From: Octopus bimaculoides
Lineage: Eukaryota
Assembly (NCBI RefSeq): GCF_001194135.2
Contig: NC_068991.1
Coordinates: forward strand, 63,832,858 to 63,874,174
Length of the DNA stretch: 41,317 nt
Direction: 5' to 3'
Shown here: piece after piece, positions 35,962 through 41,317 of the stretch
Numbering within the stretch: the first letter of the stretch is position 1
Layout of the letters: every line of letters starts with the position of its first letter
Program-made: the position numbers and the translations under genes
The notes under the pieces: generated by a model
The model's database searches: none
Told to the model about the DNA's origin: nothing
Seen by the model: only the letters and a program-made list of their open reading frames with translations

Positions 35962-36019
35962 ATTGGGCTGAAGAGTCGGAATAGAGTAATCTCTTAACCG
36001 CGAAACGTTCGTATCCAAT
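35962..36019 (+). ncRNA. Candidate type I minimal hammerhead ribozyme
   Basis: CTGAAGA at 35968-35974. Stem II closed by G35975-C36001 with CGG/CCG and AGAG/CTCT. GAAA at 36002-36005, then C-GTT. Palindrome AACGTT. Stem I is G-C plus ATTGG/CCAAT across a 4-nt bulge. Confidence 0.6.
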
Positions 36020-36831
36020 TCACTAAAGGCAGGTTTGTTTTTGCTTTTCACTCTGGTTTTTTGTTCTATGTGTGCCATAAATATCGCCATCCGTTTANNN
36101 NNNNNNNNNNNNNNNNNNNNNNNNNNNNNNNNNNNNNNNNNNNNNNNNNNNNNNNNNNNNNNNNNNNNNNNNNNNNNNNNNNNNNNNNNNNNNNNNNNNN
36201 NNNNNNNNNNNNNNNNNNNNNNNNNNNNNNNNNNNNNNNNNNNNNNNNNNNNNNNNNNNNNNNNNNNNNNNNNNNNNNNNNNNNNNNNNNNNNNNNNNNN
36301 NNNNNNNNNNNNNNNNNNNNNNNNNNNNNNNNNNNNNNNNNNNNNNNNNNNNNNNNNNNNNNNNNNNNNNNNNNNNNNNNNNNNNNNNNNNNNNNNNNNN
36401 NNNNNNNNNNNNNNNNNNNNNNNNNNNNNNNNNNNNNNNNNNNNNNNNNNNNNNNNNNNNNNNNNNNNNNNNNNNNNNNNNNNNNNNNNNNNNNNNNNNN
36501 NNNNNNNNNNNNNNNNNNNNNNNNNNNNNNNNNNNNNNNNNNNNNNNNNNNNNNNNNNNNNNNNNNNNNNNNNNNNNNNNNNNNNNNNNNNNNNNNNNNN
36601 NNNNNNNNNNNNNNNNNNNNNNNNNNNNNNNNNNNNNNNNNNNNNNNNNNNNNNNNNNNNNNNNNNNNNNNNNNNNNNNNNNNNNNNNNNNNNNNNNNNN
36701 NNNNNNNNNNNNNNNNNNNNNNNNNNNNNNNNNNNNNNNNNNNNNNNNNNNNNNNNNNNNNNNNNNNNNNNNNNNNNNNNNNNNNNNNNNNNNNNNNNNN
36801 NNNNNNNNNNNNNNNNNNNNNNNNNNNNNNN

Positions 36832-36899
36832 TATCTTGTCCACGGACAAACAAACACGACTGAAAACAATACCTCTACCTTCGCTAAGGCGGAAGTAAT
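36832..36899 (-). mobile_element. Possible 5' end of a Helentron-associated (HINE/DINE-1-like) element
   Basis: Minus strand TTACTTCCGCCTTAGCGAAGGTAGAGGT forms an imperfect subterminal hairpin, followed by ATTGTTTTCAGTCGTGTTTGTTTGTCCGT. It sits beside a TAA/TAG array and the rest is lost in the gap. The family resemblance is from memory. Confidence 0.45.
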
Positions 36900-36912
36900 A
36901 GTAGTAGTAGTA

Positions 36913-36970
<58 letters not shown>

Positions 36971-36996
36971 TAATAACAATAATAATAATGAAGATA

Positions 36997-37032
<36 letters not shown>

Positions 37033-37041
37033 GTGATGATG
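36897..37041. repeat. Compound (TAG)/(TAA)/(TGA) triplet array
   Basis: Direct reading. Confidence 0.95.
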
Positions 37042-37619
37042 CATGTTATTACCTACATTTATATTTAAAGAACTGGGTGTTAGCATTCTTTATATATAAT
37101 TGCTCCTCGTCAGCCTTCTAACATGTGAATGTCTTCAGGCTAATGATTTTTATTCCTCGCTTCGTCACAAGAAACTGTTATCTTTATAACGTCAGTAGTT
37201 ATAAAGGGAATATCTACTTGTAAGAAACTAGTGAGGTTGTGAGAGCGATATGTATTGGAAAAGACTAATCAAATGAAGGTCGATTCTTCACTTTTAGTTA
37301 TCAAATATTCTTTGATATAATCACAATACGTTTCCACATTGACGCTAAACAGATGTTGATTGAGTATATTGTGTATCATTAACACGTATTTTGTTCAAGA
37401 TAACGCTGTACTGCTGGTACTTTTAGCGATATATGTGTATGTTGGTGCATATAATGTATATATATATATATCCAAATAAAAGTATGTATATATCTATTTA
37501 TCGAAATATGTATCTACATGCACCTATCTATCTACACAAACATATATATTCATATATGTATGTCTCTCTCATACCCCCTCTCTCTCTCTCTAAATGTATA
37601 TATATTGCACTGCCTTGTC

Positions 37620-37822
37620 TCTGGATCATATCAGTGGACTGGAGAGTTACTATGAGGCTCTGCGCAAGCCTTATTGGACCTAAAGCTTTAAGTTTTGTTA
37701 TCGCCACCGAGGCGACTATCCGATGCCCGGTCTAGCCGGAGGGCTCCACGGTGAGCATGAAAGCCGCAGACTCGAACCTGGATGAAGTCAACTGCTGGTG
37801 CAATTACCTTAAACACGGGCGT
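37620..37822 (-). mobile_element. GC-rich tRNA-derived SINE-like element (single copy here)
   Basis: Minus strand GCCCGTGTTTAAGGTAATTGC...CCAGGTTCGAGTCTGCGG (B-box GGTTCGAGTC). The 3' boundary is uncertain. Confidence 0.4.
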
Positions 37823-38005
37823 TGCTGGCATTTTCACATGGGCAATGGTCATTGATGGTCATCCTCGGTCACGAGTGGATAACTATCATCATCGTCATCA
37901 TCATATATAGACGTACACTTAGATACACAATCACTTATGCTGATTGTGTACACTGTGATATAATGGTCCTGTGGTGGCCTGACATAAATATTCACGAACA
38001 CACAG

Positions 38006-38007
<2 letters not shown>

Positions 38008-38085
<78 letters not shown>
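38008..38085. repeat. (CA)n microsatellite
   Basis: Direct reading. Confidence 0.97.
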
Positions 38086-38087
<2 letters not shown>

Positions 38088-38289
38088 ATGTATGTATATG
38101 TAGTTGTCATTGCTAAGTCCAGGGTTACATTTTCCTTCATGCCGAAACTATTGCAAACCTTGAATGGTGAGAGGTATTTACAGATTGTTTCGAAGTAGTG
38201 GAATTTGAATCGTGTCTTTCTCGTATCCTCTACTCAAATGCAGGACATTGTTTCTCGAGATATATAGTTTCAATTTTCCCCCAATTATC

Positions 38290-38653
38290 TATTAGGTATC
38301 AGAAAGCCTTTCGGTGCTGACAAATTAATAAACTTCTTATACCTCTGCAATGGGGATGCCGTTACCCACAAATATTTGAGATCGAATTTAGAAGAAAAGC
38401 CACTCGACTGACTGATAAAGATTCAATCAACAAATACGGCTTGATCATTATGCCACAGGCGCATTCAACCCCTTACCTCTTCTATCAGCATTACAACGGC
38501 ATCTACTTTCCTGAAGTGGCTATATACACCCATTCTTAACATATGCTTGATCGTCCACGCTTGTATTTTCTCAACCAGTTATCTTACTCTTTTCTAACTT
38601 CCAAGGTTCAGCACTGAGCACTATACAAAAAGTCTCTTGGGAATTTTCTCTCA

Positions 38654-38655
<2 letters not shown>
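38290..38655 (+). pseudogene. Decayed CR1/L2-type LINE, C-terminal end of the RT ORF
   Basis: Frameshifted fragments RRKATRLTD, SLCHRRI, YLFYQHYNGIYFPEVA and TEHYTKSL follow the order of the CR1-group post-RT motifs (Q-RA-RL; L-HRR; LFYRY-HG; HY--SF). (TA)n follows. Confidence 0.6.
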
Positions 38656-38717
<62 letters not shown>

Positions 38718-39536
38718 TGTATGTATATATGTTGTGTCTTCAGAGAAAAATCAACAGATCTTCACACTGAATATATATAAATATCACCAAACAGTCTGAA
38801 AGAGCCTGTCTCACATTTTCTGATAAAACAGTCAGAAGTGAAATAACCCACATTATTCCTTAGAGACACCGCTGAATACGTCGTCTTTTTGTAATGAATC
38901 AAGGACCGGCTAGTCTGGTGATAGCCATCATCTTCCTTCTGTCTCTTGAAAATTGTCGAATTGTCAGGTACTAAACTTCAGACGAATGTCATTTTTGGAA
39001 TCTTTTCAATAATTCTAACTATTCTTCCAAGTCGGATATTTCATTGTTGACTTGTCTCCATTTTTTTGTGATATTTATCAGTCATCTAATTCATCTCATA
39101 CCATTCTCCACTCTATTTCTCTTGTTCTTTCTGTTCTTAGTTTTTCTCTCTTCTTCTCTCTCTCTTTCTCAATATTTCTCGACATCTTTACTCCACTTCT
39201 CATCCATGCAATATTCTTTATTTTCTTCTCCAAATCTTCAATTGAAACTTTCCTTTTGTCTTTTGAATCTTTCTTTTAAAAAATTTCCAGCCTAGTATCG
39301 ATTAACTTGCTTAACAGTTGAAATATATTGACGTAAGGGAAGGAAATAGAGTGATGGTACTGAAGTTGGTGTTAGTGGTGGGGATTTTACAGGTGGTTGG
39401 GAGGGGAATGAAGAAAAAGCGAATAAGGCCAGAAATCAATGTTGCTTCACACAAGTGATTATTGGACAGAAGATTGCAATTCTGTTAATTTTTTTTCTTT
39501 TCTTTTCAAATTCGACAAACTCAAGCTGATAGAAAT

Positions 39537-39597
39537 AACAACAACAACAACAACAATAACAACAACGAAATCACAACATTAAAATAAAATAAAATAA

Positions 39598-39653
<56 letters not shown>
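39537..39653. repeat. (CAA)n/(AAAAT)n/(AAT)n compound array
   Basis: Direct reading. Confidence 0.95.
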
Positions 39654-39654
<1 letters not shown>

Positions 39655-40401
39655 CGCTAAGAGAATGCAGTACTTTCATATAAGGAAGAACAGTTGTGAT
39701 TTTAATTTTGATGTTCTGGTTTTTCTTTGTTATATGGTTTGTTTGTTATTTTACAGTTTTTTTTTTTTAGATATTCAGCCATGAATTCGGAGCAGAGGAA
39801 AGATGCAATATATTGGTAATCTAAATTGTCATATATAAAAGATATGAAGATATTATCGAGAAAGTTTAATAAACGATATAAAAGAGAATAAATAGAATAA
39901 GATAATATACAAGAGAAAATACGAATATATGAATAAATTATTAAAATAACACACATTTTCTTTCTCTTGTAATCTTATATTATTATTCTATTTTAAATTT
40001 ACTTTCACTATTTCTATTCACAGAATTTGTTAATATGTTGATACTAATTCAATGCGAAGTTAGCAGCCTATAAAATTCTTAACTGCATATGTATAGCAAC
40101 GCATGAATTACACCATTATCGGCCATTATTCATAAACTATACGATCGTGTCTTGATTTTTCTCAAACTCTTCAGATTTTAACTAATCGAAACTGAAGGGT
40201 TTCTTTTTTGTTCTGTGAAATTATTTCAGTCGAATTAAATACCATAAAACATATTTAAAATGAAAAAAAAAAATTTTTTTCTTGATGTCTATTGGGAACA
40301 TTAAAATAAAAAAAAAAAAAAATAGAATGAAATAAAATGAAATAAAATGAAATAAAATAAAAGGGAAATGTGATAGTGAAGAATATGAATCATATACTTA
40401 C

Positions 40402-40650
40402 CATTTTCTATTTGCTCCTAATTTTCGGTAAAAAAAAGCTTAAGAAACCAAGTGTAGGATAATATGTGACACACGAAAACCAGCTGAAGAAATGGTGAAA
40501 TACGATATGCAAAAGTGTTTTATCCGAGCTAAACCGGAAGTGAACCGTATTGATGTCAAAGAATAGAAGAGAAAAAGATGAAAATGTAAGAGATAGTGTG
40601 ATGTAGAAAAATAAAAATGAACAGGTGGACAGATGAACAGGTGGGCGGGG
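40402..40650 (-). promoter_or_regulatory. Candidate promoter and ATG-terminated first exon
   Basis: GC box GGGCGGGG (40643-40650), two CAGGTG E-boxes in a 12-bp direct repeat (40617-40628, 40633-40644), ETS site ACCGGAAGTG (40533-40542), then ATG (40404-40402) directly followed by GTAAGT. An in-frame TAG lies two codons upstream of the ATG. Confidence 0.35.
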
Positions 40651-40789
40651 TTGGTTGTGGATAATCAAAGTACGTTTACCTGTTCAAATTAAGTAGTGTA
40701 GTGGTTCATACGCATACAACGATATACTCGCTTTTTAAGCCTTACCTCGAGGTACACTTACGTAAATTGACATAAACCTTTTACACGAA

Positions 40790-41278
40790 CGCACACGTAT
40801 ATACACACATACGCACATACTCACGCATACTCGTGCACACATATACTCACAAACGCATTAACTTAGACACATATATATACATACACACACTCTGATAAAT
40901 GCACATGTATGAAAAAATCACTTCCACACATTCACACGCACGAACACGATAAAAGTCATGAGAAAAATACGCACACATAGACAAGCTGCCACAGACTCTC
41001 ACATCTGTTTTACACATACACAAATATACGTACACAAAACGCACATATACGCACACAAGCAAGCAAAATGATTCACACACACACATGGACACATAAATAT
41101 GCATGTCCAGTCATACGCACACACACACACACAAACACACACACACATACATATACACACACACTCAGAAACACGTAGTCACACGTATACACAATATAAA
41201 CACACATATTCACAAACACCTTAACATATACTCACTCTCATATATGCACATGTATATAGTATGTATATATATACATAC

Positions 41279-41317
<39 letters not shown>
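40790..41317. repeat. Degenerate (CA)/(TA)-rich microsatellite tract
   Basis: Direct reading. Confidence 0.9.

Noticed and set aside
35690-36020. Minus-strand stop-free frame containing FAVKRL, resembling kinase subdomain II
   Set aside because: No glycine-rich loop, HRD or DFG nearby. It runs into a SINE and is antisense to the hammerhead-like unit.

Overview
This is AT-rich eukaryotic DNA from a gapped draft scaffold. It has ten N-gaps totalling about 4.4 kb (466-973, 5722-6199, 11402-11566, 17805-18251, 19359-19946, 20815-21355, 28176-28671, 31999-32337, 34794-34937, 36098-36831), most flanked by (TA)n or (GA)n. The repeat content resembles octopus (cephalopod) DNA; this is recognition from memory, not a database result. 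I found no protein-coding gene I can name, and the long entries in the ORF track are artefacts of N-runs and microsatellites. The window holds about 18 copies of one tRNA-derived SINE family, several other modular SINE families, a decayed R4/Dong-type (RLE) LINE (~24430-26115), a CR1/L2-type LINE 3' relic (~38290-38655), a possible Helentron-associated end, a ~147-bp fold-back element and many microsatellites. The most interesting signals are: (1) five hammerhead-ribozyme-like motifs of the minimal, Penelope-associated type, one with a fully canonical core (35962-36019) and two sharing a variant core (CUGUYGA); (2) repeated SINE insertion at AATAT-starting targets, with triplicated target sites at two loci; (3) a dimeric SINE form inserted as one unit; (4) head/tail module shuffling among SINEs. 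A candidate minus-strand promoter and first exon lies at 40402-40650. A few weak plus-strand exon candidates exist, all unverified.
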